Shown here: positions 24,121 through 37,470 of the stretch, one piece after another | Layout: every line of letters starts with the position of its first letter | Numbering within the stretch: position 1 is the stretch's first letter | Assembly: GCA_030704615.1 (NCBI GenBank) | Contig: CM060731.1 | Location: 18,228,001 to 18,292,000, forward strand | Direction: 5' to 3' | Origin: Takakia lepidozioides | Lineage: Eukaryota; Plantae; Bryophyta | Length of the DNA: 64,000 nt | Notes under the pieces: generated by a model | Told to the model about the DNA's origin: nothing | Databases searched by the model: none | What the model saw: only the letters and a program-made list of their open reading frames with translations | Translations under genes and position numbers: made by a program

Positions 24121-27100
24121 ATGGCGCGAAGCAGTGAATGTGCAGGAAACCACTTGAAAGGTCACTGTGTTGGCCCTGCAGTATTGCGATGTGGGTCGTG
24201 TGGGGCTGTGCGCTACTGCTCTCGCGAGCACCAAGTGAGTGTTCCCCGTCGGCACACCACAACCATAACGCTGGATACAAATTGAAGCTCGAAACAGTGT
24301 ATAGCAACTAAGCTTATCTAGTGAAAGACTCTCTCTTGGGCACAGGCTAGTACAGGGGACTTGTGTTGCAATACAATTCAGCCCTTCAAAGTCCATGCCT
24401 GCCTACAAATTGTGTCTCGGGTTTTAGGGTCGGTTGTCTAAGGCTTATTTGAAATAGTTCGAAGTACCTCCAAGCTTTGGCAATCGCTTAGCTGTTGTCC
24501 TAGTAAAGCATAGATTTTTATATGGTGGATGAAGTCTCCAACAGTTCTTGATTAGACCTTCCATTTTGATGCCAGGTAAGGGTAACTTGAAAACCACAAA
24601 TTGGAAAAGAGGGAACCCCTTACCATCCCTGCGGATCTTGCCGCACAAGTGGCTCAGTCTGTAGTTCTTGGTGATAGATATGCTTCGAGCATGGATGGAT
24701 AGCGAATCTAGAATGTTCTTGTCAGCATGGACATGGACATTTCATGGATTCAAGGAAGTGGTAGGAATTATGGGCAAAAGTGTCATGTGTGGGTCGGTCT
24801 CTTCACATACAGATGTGCAGCTATGCCATCCAAGGCAAGTGGAAATTATGTCTCCAGATGATGTAGGTTCTCCTCTAATGCTGGATCTGAGTCTTTACAG
24901 AAGGCGCATTGGTCGGAGCATGAAGATGCCTGCAGGCGAATGGCAGAGCAGATGCAGCGTGCTGCTTATCTACATGACTTTCCTTTCACTTTTACTCTGG
25001 AAACTACTCAATTGGTGCACCCTAACTCCTGGTCCCTAAGTTACCTTTGTGTATTATGGTTAACAAGAGTAAAAGCAGATTACTGAACAGTCTCTGGTTG
25101 TAAGCCATCCCAAGCCAAGATTTGCCTTGGAATGGCTGCAGCATTGATTTTCCTTAAAATATTGGGTATAACCAATTGTACAAATTTCATTACCACTTAG
25201 TGTGTGTTGGTTACCAGGTTTCTTTCTGACGGCAGGTGGATATGGGAGCTGTAACATCGTGCTCCTTTTTAGGGAGTCATGGGCTTCATGGTCAAGGCAT
25301 GTGGCAAGCGGAGTGTGACTGTGCCTCCAACGAGGCCTCCCTCTCAGGCACCTGGGATTTCTCCTTGCTTCCTGGTCTTTGTTGAGATTGGTGCTAGATT
25401 TCAGCTTCTCTCACATACAAGTATGACAAAGAGTGGCAGACAGCAAGTGACGGTGACCAAAGAAGAGAAGGGAGAGAGGAAACTTGGCATGTTAAGACCT
25501 ATACTTTTGAGGGAGAGAGAGAGAGAGAGAATGTACTCATAAGATGTTGTTTGCCGTAGCCTTGTGGCCATAGACCCTGCGACCAGTTTGGGTGGAACAA
25601 AAAGCGAGAGAGAGAGAGAGAGAGAGTGGAACATGAATGCTTAACCACAGAAACAACTTTGAAAGTTTTTGTTAGCACTATTTCTGATGTAATTGCAAGT
25701 TCAACCAATAACAATGGGTAGTTTGGTGAAGGGATCTTAGAGCTTGCTATGAGTTGCCGCAGGCATGGCTCGAAGGAGCGCGGATTGGCATCTACCTTCC
25801 AGCATGTGCCCTTGTACAGGTATCTCCCTAATTGATATGATTTTTTTCAACTTTTGTGGGGTTGAGGCCTTTTGGAGGAGAACAAAGCTAATCCATTTGA
25901 TTCGTTTTCACATTCTTTCTCTTTCTCTTTCTCTTTCTACCCCTCCATAAGGCCATCCGGCCCTGACACATCATCTTTATGCCTTTCCTTGCTAAACGCA
26001 CGATACCTCTTGCTCTGTGTTTGTGTATCTGTATCTGTGTGATGTGCAGTGAATGTAAGGTTTGTGACAAATGTGCAGATCCAGCGAGTTCAGTGGGTTT
26101 GCTGAGAGACTGGTCTGAGTATTACAGTTGGCGGCAGCTGCCGATTGATTCACCAGTAGCCTTACTGCTACATTGGGTAGGTTCTAGGCTCTGTACCTTG
26201 CTACTCCTTCCCAACCTTGTGCTGCATTATTCAGGCATTGCATTTGTCAGTAAAGGGAAACATATTTGCGTTAGTGTAGGAAAGGTCTTGACCACTCAAC
26301 TTTCAATTGCTCGATTTGATCAATTTCCTCCTGATATAGAGTGCTGCTGATAAGCCGTTTGCTTTCTGCAGCTGTGTGGTGTCCCACACCTGAGTCGAAA
26401 TGAGGGTTACAGGAGGATAGAATGGGGACCATAACATTGAAAAAGGCTCATGCTAGTACCTTCCAAATGAAAATTTTATTAGCTTCCAGATGATCCCAAG
26501 AGAGGGAGTTTCTTTGGAACTGCTTCAAATGTTTTTAGTTTGGTGGTTGCAGTCACCATTAGCTCATAACAATAATTTAAGATTTAAACATTCATACAAT
26601 TTTATCAACACCAGACCAGAAGTCTCTTGCTTCCATATAAGTAGTTGTGCTGTGTAACGTCCCGCAACATAGATCCAAAGGAGCAAAGTTACAGGGGGCA
26701 TGTGGGGAATGCCTGGGTTGCAGGGAAGAAGAGAGAGAGAGGCCCAAATGAATTCTCATCTGTAATTGGTCCACACATGGCTGCAGCCTCTCACTTTGTA
26801 CCATGCGCTGCGCCTACTTGAATCTCGGTCTTCCTGGACTCTTCCAGCTGGGTGTCAGCAAAGCTTGCATGTCCACTACCTCGGTAACTCACTTTCTCTG
26901 TCTCTCTCTCTCAAATCTTTCAAGTTAGTTTCACTGTTGTTGTTTCAGAATGGTTTGAGAATAATAATAATACTAATCCTGGAAGGCCCTTGGTGTCCTT
27001 TTTATAAGTCTCCTACAATATAATGGTTTCTGCCACATCTTTCTGATGTTGATAGCTGTTCTTATGATGCAATGGCTGCAGGACCAGAGAGAGAGTTAGA

Positions 27101-30100
27101 TCAGCTAGCTGTGTTTGGAGAGCTGCTAGCCCTCCTTCCAGGGGTGCAAGTCTACATCGACCTTATTGGGCCTGCCGTCCCTACTTCAAGGTTAGAACCT
27201 CTCTCTTTGTTTCACTTTTGTTGAGGAGGGAATGGCAAAGCACCCTAGTAGACATTGATCATGAGGTTGGCTGCAAGCAAAAACTTGCCAACCCACAGGG
27301 TTAGCAATCTCTCTCTCTCTCTCTCTCTGTCCTTATGACACAGTGTGGAGAGATGGTCTATGGCTCCGACTCTGGTCTTGCGGAATCAAGGGAAAAATGT
27401 GGAGAGTTGTACATAACTTGTATGGTCACACCAAAAGCTGTGTCACTGTTAATGGACAGAGGTCTAACTTCTTTGACATAGACCAAGGTGTAGCTCAAGG
27501 ATGTACCCTCTCCCCTCTGCTCTTCAATGTTTTCATCAATCAACTCCTTGAGGATGTGGAACATGAGGGATTTGGGTTAAGGGTGGGTGATGCCACCATT
27601 CCAGCCCTTATGTTTGCGGATGACTTCGCAGGCATAGGGGAGACTCCTTTCAACCTCCAGGAATTGATTGATTGCACGAAGAGATACTTTGATCTTTGGG
27701 GGCTAGAGGCTAATGTGAGTAAATGTGCAGTGGTGGCATTCAACGACAGAGGAGAGGGAGGAAGTGATCTTAAGTGGCAGTGGGGTAGCCAAGAGATTCC
27801 AGTCCTCTCTTCCTACACATACCTGGGCGTTGAGTTTTCCTCCAACTGTAATTGGGATGCACATATCCAGAAAGTTGTTCAATCTGGCAAGGGCAAAGCG
27901 CTGAGTCTCACTAAATTTTTCCACTGCAGAGGGATTAACTCTGAGGTCAAAAACCTTGCTTTGCCGCGTTATTAGACCTGCCTTGGGGTACGGATCTGCT
28001 ATATGGGTTGATAACTCCAACCAGGCTAAGTCTCTAGAATCCATTCAAGTGGGGGTGCTTAAGGAGTGCATGTCAGCATGCTCCAAAACAGCCAATGTGG
28101 CTGTTCGGGGTGAGTTTGGCATCCCTTCCTTAAGCTCCGGACGAGATGAATTCAAGGTCAGATGGTGGGGTCAGTTGCAACACATGTCCAACCAGATAAC
28201 CTAAGTTAATCAACTCATATCTTTGGAAACAGGACCGCCCTGTCAAACAGGCTAAGTCCTGAGAAGAAGAGATTCTCAAGGATCTGAATCTGGACCCGCA
28301 AGCCTTGACCTTGCTGGATAAATCTGACTTAGAGACTGTAGTGTCCAAAGCCATGTCTGTTACCAGAAAATTGTCTGATGCAAATGAAGTTAGGCAGAAA
28401 ACTTCCCTGAACCTGTTTCCAGTCTGTGACATGGGGGAGGATATCATGGATGACCTCAAGGGTCTACCCACTCTCGGCACCAGACTGAAATTTAAACTCA
28501 GGGCAGGAAGCCTACCTTGAACAGTAAACAGAAGCAGAGAGGAAAGGGAGAGTGCAATTGCCCGTTGTGTGGGCAACCCGAAGACAATTCATTTTCTGAT
28601 TCACTGTCCGGGGTACTCTCACACCAGAGAGAAGCTCTCCAATCTATCAAGAGAATTGTGCCTGTACCTCTGTTTACCGACTTTGAAAGTCTCGAGGCTG
28701 AGCCAAAAGCCCAGGCCCTTCTGAGGCCTAGTTTTTGGGCAAATCACACACAGCAGATTGATGCTTGTGTGAAGGGATTTCTAGAGGATATCGGGAAAAC
28801 CCGAACAATTCTATGTATAAAGGTAAGTCTTACTGCCAATGTCAGCCCCTGACAGAGGTAGGTTCTGTCCCTTTGGTTTCCGCTCAAACTGGGCGCGGGG
28901 TCAATGGCCACAAGGCTACGGCAAACAACGTCTTTTGAGTACATTCTCTCTCTCTCTCCATATACAGATTGATGCTTGTGTGAAGGGATTTCTAGAGGAT
29001 ATCTGGAAAACTCGGATTAATTGTCCGTTCAAAGGTAAGTCATACTACCGGCGTCAGCCCTTTACAAAGGTAGTTTCTGTCCTTTTGTGTTCCGCTAAAA
29101 CTGAATGGCCCCAAGGCTACGGCAAACAATGTCTTGTGAGTACACTCTCTCCAGGGACACCTTTGGGGGATGACATCTGTAGAGGATTTCGTGATACTTT
29201 CTAGTAATACGTGTTATTTCTGTTGTTTTGTGCACAGAGATGGCGAACTGTTGGAGCTTGAAGGATATGCAATGTGCTTGGATGTTGATTGTCCATGCAA
29301 AACAAGAAGGCCAAACCCAAAGCCTTGTGGAGACTCACTGGATGGCTTTGTGCATGGACATGTTTGGGTGAGGACATGGAAAGGTCTCTATCATGAGCGG
29401 CACCCAGAGCTGGTAAAGTATAAAATCTCTTCCTCCTTTATGAAACCAACCCCCTCAAAATAAGTATGTTCAGGAAATTTCTGTTTGATGTACAAAGAAT
29501 CCCTGACTGTAGGAAGTAGTCACATAGTCACAGGACATCACCACAAAAGCACAATCTTGAGACAATTTCACATCTCAATGCAGGTATTGAGTATTGGCAT
29601 GTAACAAATTTTTCATGTTTGGGGCTATGTCTTGGTTGGACCAGGATGGTGCTCCAGACTTTGTTCTAGCTGCAAATGCAGGCATTGCTGTGTTTCCAAG
29701 CTGGCAGCCCACCATTGTGGGTATCTTTATCTGTCATTTATTCTGACATTAAACCTGAGCCTCAAACTTCCCTTACTTCCTAGTGCAGCGTGCTCTTGTT
29801 TATTTTTCCAACTTTCCACTCTAGCTGCCTAGACCTGAGCAGGAATGCAGCTGTTCAACTGCTTCACTGCGACTACTTCGTGAAGTTGGATGCGGACACA
29901 ATAATTAGTTGGAAATGCACCCAAATCAATTGGAAGCATGGAACTAGGTCCATTGCTTAAAGTTTAAAATTGAGTGAGAATTCGCAGATGAGGCTTTTGG
30001 TGGTTCTCACTAAATGCTTCTTTGCCATGCTTCTAGACTACTGATAGAGAATGACAATATCTGTATGTAGACTATTGTGCATCCCAGTGTCCAACACCGA

Positions 30101-30770
30101 GTGGCACAGTCAGCCAATTGCACTGAGCCATGTCATTATGATGAATCCACTGGAAGGGCCCATGCAATTTGCTGCTTGTAGTTTTAAAATATTGTTTTGA
30201 CTCAGATTTGTTCTCTTCTCAGGACCTCATAGAGAGGATGAGGGTGCCAGCGTTCTTCACAGATTATTGCGAAGAGGCAGCAACCATGGCAGCGCAGTCA
30301 ATTGCCCTCACTCATGCAGAACCACTTACATTTCCTGTAATTCTCGGTCTCTCTGCCCCTTTACAGCTTCTGGACACTGCTCATCAAATCACCTCTCCGA
30401 GTTTTTGTTGGTGTTTCTGGCGCCTTACTGCCTTTGTATGACGTATTTCAACTTGGTTCTACAGTATGTTCCAATGATATTTGTGTTTGCTAGATCGAGT
30501 GGATTGTCAATGGTTCAGAATGGTAAGGTATGTGCTTTGCTTGTATGCATCCATGGCCTCGTAGCTCTCCCAGTCTCTACTATTGTACAATTCTCTTACT
30601 GCTATTTCCATTTAAAACTACTGTTGTCCCTAGGCATGTTCCATGTCTCACTCATTCTTGGCTCTTGTCAGCAGGTGCAAGTGAACCCATTCAGGCAGCC
30701 TCTCACTCCCAGAAACAAGGTGCTGGATCTTCCTACATTCTCTAATGCCTTCATCCTGGGCCTCAACTAG
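24121..30770 (+). CDS. MYND zinc finger / MSS51-like (ZMYND15-like) protein, 11 exons
   Basis: Exons read by eye: 24121-24234, 24901-25014, 25236-~25347, 25763-25819, 26079-26176, 26787-26883, 27082-27190, 29238-29412, 29645-29716, 30223-30336, 30675-30770. Motifs CGSCGAVRYCSREHQ/KAHW..H...C, DWSEYY..R.LP.DSPVALLLHWPLTLY, HYLGPEREL, ANAGIA..PSW, FTDYCEEA, NPFRQP. The exon 2 and exon 3 donors are uncertain. Confidence 0.88.
25530..25604 (-). mobile_element. Very short 3' end of the (TC)n-associated LINE in intron 3 of the MYND gene
   Basis: ATGTACTCATAAGATGTTGTTTGCCGTAGCCTTGTGGCCATAGACCC matches 4180-4225. Flanked by (GA)n on both sides. Confidence 0.8.
27330..28957 (+). mobile_element. 5'-truncated RTE/RTEX-like LINE with RT core, in intron 7 of the MYND gene
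   Basis: YDTVWRDGLW, GVAQGCTLSPLLFNVFI, LMFADD, YTYLGV and CPLCGQPED, with frameshifts. (TC)n runs lie immediately 5' (27308-27328) and 3' (28944-28957). Confidence 0.92.
28962..29151 (+). mobile_element. Second 3' fragment of the same LINE, in tandem behind the first
   Basis: Repeats CAGATTGATGCTTGTGTGAAGGGATTTCTAGAGGATAT..GGCTACGGCAAACAA..GAGTACA and ends in CTCTCTC. Confidence 0.8.
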
Positions 30771-33214
30771 CATACTCTACTATTGCTCCTGCCTGTGCTT
30801 GCTTATCTCGTAATTCTGGTCTTGGCATTGTTGTCAAGCAATGAAAGTATCACACAGTGCCTATCAATGGAGCTGTGGAGAGGTGTCTCATGCTCCAACT
30901 GAAGTGGGTGCTACTCCTGCAAGTTTACAAGGACGAAGAGAACTCCAAATATACTTCAAAAGAATTATCCTCCATTACTAAACATTTATATACAGGGTAT
31001 ACCCAAATGATTTACCCTAGGCAAGGATAAAAATATTTATCCATATGAAGGGTGAAAGTAAATCAAATGAGTACATTGGGATAAATCATTTACCTGCACA
31101 ACACTGAGGTTGGGAGGTTATCATTATTTTACTGAGCGCTAGTTCCAAATATTACAAAATTTGCAAATCTTCCACCTTCCGGTTCAACGCTTTTCATCCA
31201 CGAGCGTGTTTTTATGGATGAAGTCAGATGGAAACAGTTCTTGAAAGAAAAATCTAGTGTGCTGGATTTAGTTTCGCATAGAAAATCATAAAAGTGTCTT
31301 ATAAGAATTTTTGCGCGCAAATGCGTACCTAGAATTAGTGGCCGTGACGCATCTAGCAAGGGTTGATTATGGCCATGCGGCAGTTGAGATGGGCCACAAT
31401 GGCTGCCATTGCGGGGGTATGTATTTGCTTGCCAAAAATATGCCCGGTCCGGCAACAATTCGCCTGACTTGGCAAGGGATCCAAATTCCACTAAAAAAGA
31501 TGATGTCTCCCTATCAAGAAATGGTTTTGGTTTTCACAACAGTGAAATTACTATCATGATGTGGGTGCTAACTTATTGAGGGCTCTCACTTCAAAATAAT
31601 AGGGTCTTCAATGCGCTTGTGGGCCCCGCCTGTATGGCCCATTGGGTCATCTCATAAGCGGGTCCGCAAGAGTATGATGAGCCATTGGACAGTTGAGTCC
31701 TATCTAGAGAGTCTGCTTGAGGGTCCACCCAAAGAGGGAGAAAATGATGAGCAGGCGTAACTAAGAGTCACTTCGCCTCTAGGGTCCACCCACTCCTCAG
31801 AGCCCGGTGGGCCAGAGTATGATGGATGGGTACTCAAATTGTATTATCAGCCGGTTATCAACCCCGGACATAAATAATTATAATTATAATAACCACTAAA
31901 TCATTAATATGTCTTTAATTTAATTTAGAAGCATACTTACTTGATTTCACAAAGAAATTAAATATTCTGTTGTAAAATTCAAACTCTGCATTAGATAATA
32001 ATGTTGCGGATTTTAGTATGCAAAATTTAGTATGAGTTAAAAGAAAACTGATTGCAAGCCTCATTGTCAAATGCCAGCGATGCAATGAGATCCTCATATT
32101 CAATCATCTTGTCTTCCAACAAAAAGAAATCTTTGATCCCTTGCTCAACCACCTTGCAATCCGTCCGCGCGTCAGCCGGCCAATTCTTCTTTAAATTAGG
32201 AGGTTGGGTAATATGTGCACGGGCTCACGCCTCAGTGCGCCTGAGGATATGCCGCATATTCCAAGAATATTCTTGGAAAATGCTTTAGCCAAAATAAAAC
32301 ACGCTCATGCCAAACGAAATACAAAACATTTGGAAAATTCTGCTTACGTGAGCACAAGCCACACGAAGTTGGGGCATAGGGAATTTTCTGTCAGTGCCAT
32401 GAGCATCAACAATTTTTGTTCATTAATAGTTGCATATTTAATCACGTGAGGTTGACGCTCGTAGCAATCACTACCATGCGAAACTAGACACAATTCATTT
32501 TGTTACACTTAACAATTCGTTAGCGAAATAAAACAAAATCACGTCGTCATTTATATACGAAACCGAACACAACTCATTTTGTTTCGCCCACGAAACCATT
32601 CGATAATGACCTACGCAACGATACCTTAAAAATTTGCTGGAGAAACTCGATACCTTGATTTATTTTGCTGGCGAAATCCAATACCGTGATGTATTTCGTT
32701 GGCGAACCCATTGTTTGCCTCATTATAATAAGTTGTTCTATTATTGTTTGGCATTTGTCTGTTTTGGATGGTGTTGGTTATTGTGGCTTTGTTTTTCCCT
32801 ATTTTGTATGATACCAAAGCTGTAAATATTTGGAACTTTGAGCTTGTAGATATACATTAGGGGTGCCTATTTGCGTGTAGGAACCATATTTATGTCCTTC
32901 GTATTTTATTTCCGTGGAAATATGGGTAATCTATTGGTATATTTTGTGCTCACGACTCCATTTTCCTATGCTCACGTGAGCTGTGCGCACATGTGTGCTT
33001 ACGTTCTACCAACCCCCAAATTAGCACCAATTTGTCGAGGCTGTGCTAAGAAATGAAGAACATGTGCACCCACCCAACTTTATATCTATACCATGTGTAC
33101 AATCATTGTTTTTATAGTACGGGTAGCACTAAATCAACCACCATCTAGGGAATTCCAAATAGGCCTTGATGTGAAATGCATCGCAATCCACTTGATCACC
33201 CCCCTAAAAGTGTG

Positions 33215-33325
33215 CAATTCAATTGAATTGCAAAAACCAGCTTGAAAAGAACCCTAATTTGCAATTCAATTGAATTGTCGGTACTCAATTCAATTCAATT
33301 GCCAATTCACAATTCAATTGAATTG
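33215..33325. repeat. Three copies of 16-bp palindrome CAATTCAATTGAATTG at 47-48 bp spacing
   Basis: Copies at 33215-33230, 33262-33277 and 33310-33325, with CAATT half-sites between them. Probably the subterminal repeats of a small DNA element. Confidence 0.7.
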
Positions 33326-34539
33326 CAAACTATAAATTCTTATGTATTTTTGTATATAACATATATAATGTATATGTGTATATATATATATTCATCTTAT
33401 ACACATACACATATGAGAGTATAAGCTGAAAATACAACTATTCCTGCTGCCCGTCCAGGAATGGGACAGGGGAAATGAATCGACAGGAGTACTACGAATG
33501 GAGCCATGGTGTTTATTGACATATTCTCTTTGTTTCTAGAGACTTGTGAGCGGGGAAATGAGGACCCGGGACAGTGGAGCTGATCCAAAGTTTTCGGTGG
33601 ACTCTAAAGTAGTTGTGTTTTTCTTAGTTGGTCTTAGGCTTGTATTGTGTTCAGCCTTCCGCAATTTTGATTGGAAAAATCTACTTGATTCTCGCAGCGA
33701 AATCCCCCATCACCTTCCACATCGGGGAGATGTCGCTCACTCTGCCATTCTCGCTAGACGTAGCCAAGGGTCTAAGCTCTGCCATCGTCGGCCTCCTAAC
33801 GACATTTAAAGAGAAGGAGAAGGCCACGAGGCCACGGAGATGGGACACAATGGAGTACCAGCAGACATGAGATGATGGTGTTTTCTTTGAGGTTTTTTGC
33901 AACCCAAATGCATATGCTATTGCATTTCAGGCCAAAGTTATGATAACTATCAGTAATGACAAGATCGAAGTTGCGTCGGAAGGTCAACTGAGCGGCCTCA
34001 AGTCTGATGTCGATCAATACGTGGATTCTCAAAGTGAGCCTAGGCTTTGTTCCTCGAAGCAGTTTAGGTTTTTGTAGTTTCGAGCCAATGTTTCCAAAAT
34101 TTCTCGAGGGCTCTGATGAGAAGCTTTTCATTATGCCATGTATAGAAGAGGATGCAAATGGTTTACCCTAAATGTTCAATGCTAGCAAATAAGCTGTTGT
34201 TTTTGCACTACATGAACTAGGGAGAAATATGAGAACAATGGCTACTGTCACATCTTCTAGGAAGAAGAGACTTTAAGGTATCTTCTATGTGCTATCTTCC
34301 CAAGGAACCAGTGATGTTGGCTTCAGCTGTGTTGAAAATTTGACAGCCCCTTCCTGCACCATCCATCTTTAGCACTGCTAAGTTAATATATTCATGGTCT
34401 AAAATCGTTATATCCAACAGGTGAATATAGAGGTACATGGTATTCTTCGACTCATTATAAGATAAGTATAATATCACCTTGAGAGCCTCACAATGTCTGT
34501 CTTTTCAGTCAGCGTCTTCTCAGTCAATGTCCATGTAAT

Positions 34540-35045
34540 TGTTGCGCACCTCACTTTGGTAAATCCCCCTTTAAGTCATAGTTACTCGCTTTGATGCGCG
34601 CGCCTAACTCCCAAACCGGCCGCCGAGCCAACTCGGAGCTTCGACTGCTCACCGGGGCATAACGGTCCCCTTACTCCTCCACGAGACCCTCCACCACTTT
34701 GGGCCTAATGGAAATTCCCTTTGGTAGTTGGCAATCTGGAATAGCTCCCCACATCTTGGTCGCTTTCCGATTCGCACGCTTACTCACTAGCTTTTGGTCA
34801 TCAACGGGCTTGCACCGTTCTTGGGGTTACTCCTCCCTATATTATTTTTTTTGTATATATCCACGGGGGTTCCACAAACAGCCAAGTCCAAATTTGGTGC
34901 ACCGCCACCTAGACCCTCGACTCCCTGTGATGAGTCGCAGTGAATCTTGGCCCACCCACCACGGCCCCAATGGACCGCGGTGAGCCCCAAGACTCCCCAC
35001 GACTCCTACCACAAGGTCTCAGCCCCGTGGCAAAGGGCCGTGACA
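34540..35045. mobile_element. Solo LTR (506 bp)
   Basis: Starts TGTTGCG and ends CGTGACA (TG..CA, imperfect inverted ends). Flanked by a perfect 5-bp TSD GTAAT (34535-34539, 35046-35050). GC-rich interior with a TATA-like tract. Confidence 0.8.
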
Positions 35046-35269
35046 GTAATTATGAGAAGTAATTATTTTTTTGCATGAACTAACTCATCATAACAACTGT
35101 AATAAAGAGATAACGGCCTTTGCTTGCTATAGATGATCTAGATACGAGCGTTAGAGATGCAGCATTTCAAGGTCATGTTTTGGTCGTTACGACAACTGTT
35201 ACATTTAAACCAATAGTATATTTTATTCCCCAAGTGCATTTTTATATTTGCATTGTGATGTTACATACA

Positions 35270-35640
35270 ACTATGGGTTTATTATGGTGACCATCACAGT
35301 CTCTGGTTCTCTTGTGCAGACTCACTTTGACAAGCTCACACGAGAAGCTTTCATATGTTTGGAGAATTTTTCAGTCCATAATAAGCAAAAGTTCAAAAGA
35401 GAGGACTTGGATGTCGTTGTCAAGATCAGCTCATCCACCAAAGTAGAGATCATCGCTCCATTCGTTTCATTTTCTCTTTACTTTCTCGCTGGTAAAACTA
35501 TTGTGACCTTTGCCAAAAAGGTCCATGAAAAATTTGCTACGGCTTCTATTGCGGTGGTGGTAATCGCCGTACGTGGAGAAGTCGACAACAAATTTGAGCT
35601 TACTATTTGCGGATGGAAATACACAGTCCGATATCCAAAT
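35270..35640 (+). pseudogene. RPA70-like OB-fold fragment, possibly Helitron-associated
   Basis: ITVSGSLVQTHFDKLTREAFICLENFSV..KISSSTKVEII..ASIAVVVIAVRG resembles the OB-fold pattern of Helitron-borne RPA genes. Pattern recognition only. Confidence 0.4.
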
Positions 35641-35716
35641 AGTACGTGTTCTTTGTGCTTTAACTTGTAAAAACTACCAATCGTGTCCATCTTTTGTGAA
35701 TGAAATTGTCGGTTAA

Positions 35717-36051
35717 CACAAATCCAAGAATTATCTCAATATTTTTATGGATTCTAGTGTTTTGTCCTTTTTTTTAATGATAACTAATCTATATTAGAAT
35801 AATAATTATATTTTCTTTTGATTTATGCATAATAGTATAAAATCTATTCGGTTACATTAGTTGTATACTTTAACTTTCAGCTTTTTCCCTCAAAGGAAAC
35901 CAGTGACTTAAACCTGTGAATCTACGCCTCAGCCCGGCGGATAGATTACACTCGGTCCCTCAGTTATTTCCTACAATATATCAATTCAAATTTTCAAGTG
36001 TCCCTTGAATATTTCCATTAGTTAATCTTGTTGTAATTTGTGCACACTAGA
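35717..36051 (+). repeat. AT-rich dispersed repeat (copy 1)
   Basis: ACAAATCCAAGAATTAT..GATAACTAATCTATA..GGTTACATTAGTTGTATACTTTAA..GGTCCCTCAGTTATTTCCTACAATA..TGCACACTAGA recurs in direct orientation at 62032-62296 and partly at 62643-62735. Confidence 0.8.
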
Positions 36052-36105
36052 GATACGTGCTCTCTGTGCTTTAACTTGTAAAAGCTACCAATCATGTCCA
36101 TCTTT

Positions 36106-37470
36106 CTTGTGAGTGTGTTCTTACATTGTCAACACACAAATCTTAGTAACATAGTAATATAGTGCCTCAATTTGCAAAATCATAAGTTAGTAATTTTTTG
36201 TTATTTTTGTAATTAATAACTAGTTAATACACCGGATTTTTTTTTTTGATAGACACTAAAGTTATCCGTTAAGTCCCACCCTCTTTGACCCTCTAATCCA
36301 TCCCCACATGCGGCTTTGGTGGGCAGTTTGAGCCTATTTGTTAAGTCCGATAAAATGGGCCCGAGTCGAGTAAACTGGGCATGAGCGGAACAAAGTGGCC
36401 TGCATGTAGCACGACTTTGTGCCAGTTGGAAATGTGGGAAGGGTCAACACGATGGGAGCGTGGGCCCCGAGTCAGGCTCATCCACGGGGCGCTGCGCGGA
36501 GGAAGACGGGATTAGACATTTGCGTTGGTTTTTCCTGCTATTTGAGTTTGGCCCTTTATTTTGCTTGTACTTTGTGGGTCCACTTCATAGACGTTCACCC
36601 TGTCTTTTGACCAAACTAGCCGAACTCACCTTGCATCCCCCGGACTTAAATGGATAACTTTATTGTCAATGTCACCTTTTAAAAGCGACATAACCCACAT
36701 ACGGTGACCACCTATATATGCATAAATTATGAAACTAATAAGCTTTTTTTTTTTGTTCGTACAATTAATTAGTTAAGTTCGCACCTTTTTTGTGAGTGTA
36801 CTCTTGAAGAGGCTCATGCAAACTTCATCGCTGGTGGCATCCCCGCCTGTGAGGAATTTGACCTCCTCATCACTTATATTTAGGTGTATTAACTAATTAA
36901 TTGTAGGAGCAACAAAAACTTGCTAGCTTATGCATATTTCGATGGTCATTGTGTGCGGGTTAGGTTGCTAAAGGTGTTGACAATGTCTATCAACAGCACA
37001 CTTATGTGTTAATTATATTTCATAGAGGTCACAACAAGAGAGCTTATTATTGGGCAATGTATTTAGTTGGTCATTGTGTGCAGGTTTAATAGCAAATTTT
37101 TCTAAGTAACTAATTAATTTAATTTAAAAGGTGACATTGACATTAATCATTTTTCTAATTAATTAATTAGTATATATGTAACTAATTAATTACAGGAATA
37201 ACAAGAAATTACTAAGTTATGATTATGCAAATTGAGACACTAGATTACTAGGTTACTAAAATTTGTATACCTATTGACAATGTGTTGACAACGAAGAGCA
37301 CACTCACAAGAATATATTTAGGTGTATTAACTAATTAATTGCAGGAACAACAAAAACTTGCTATTTAGGTGGCCACTGTGTGCCGGTCAAGGTTGCTAAA
37401 GGTGTTGACAATGTCTATCAATAACATACTCATGTGTTAATTATATTTCATAGAAGTCACAACAAGAGAG
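36106..37470. repeat. Foldback-like AT-rich repeat cluster
   Basis: 36106-36232 is inverted relative to ~37180-37311. ~36875-37050 is duplicated directly at ~37313-37470. TGTCAATGTCACCTTTTAAA (~36664) is inverted at ~37123-37143. Confidence 0.6.

Noticed and set aside
25348-25762. GC-AG intron in the MYND gene
   Set aside because: An in-phase GT donor lies about 27 bp downstream, so the donor cannot be decided without transcripts.
32040-32460. hAT transposase C-terminal fragment on the - strand
   Set aside because: Protein-like text (YSWNMRHILRRTE..KKNWPAD) but no diagnostic WW or ER.FS motifs.
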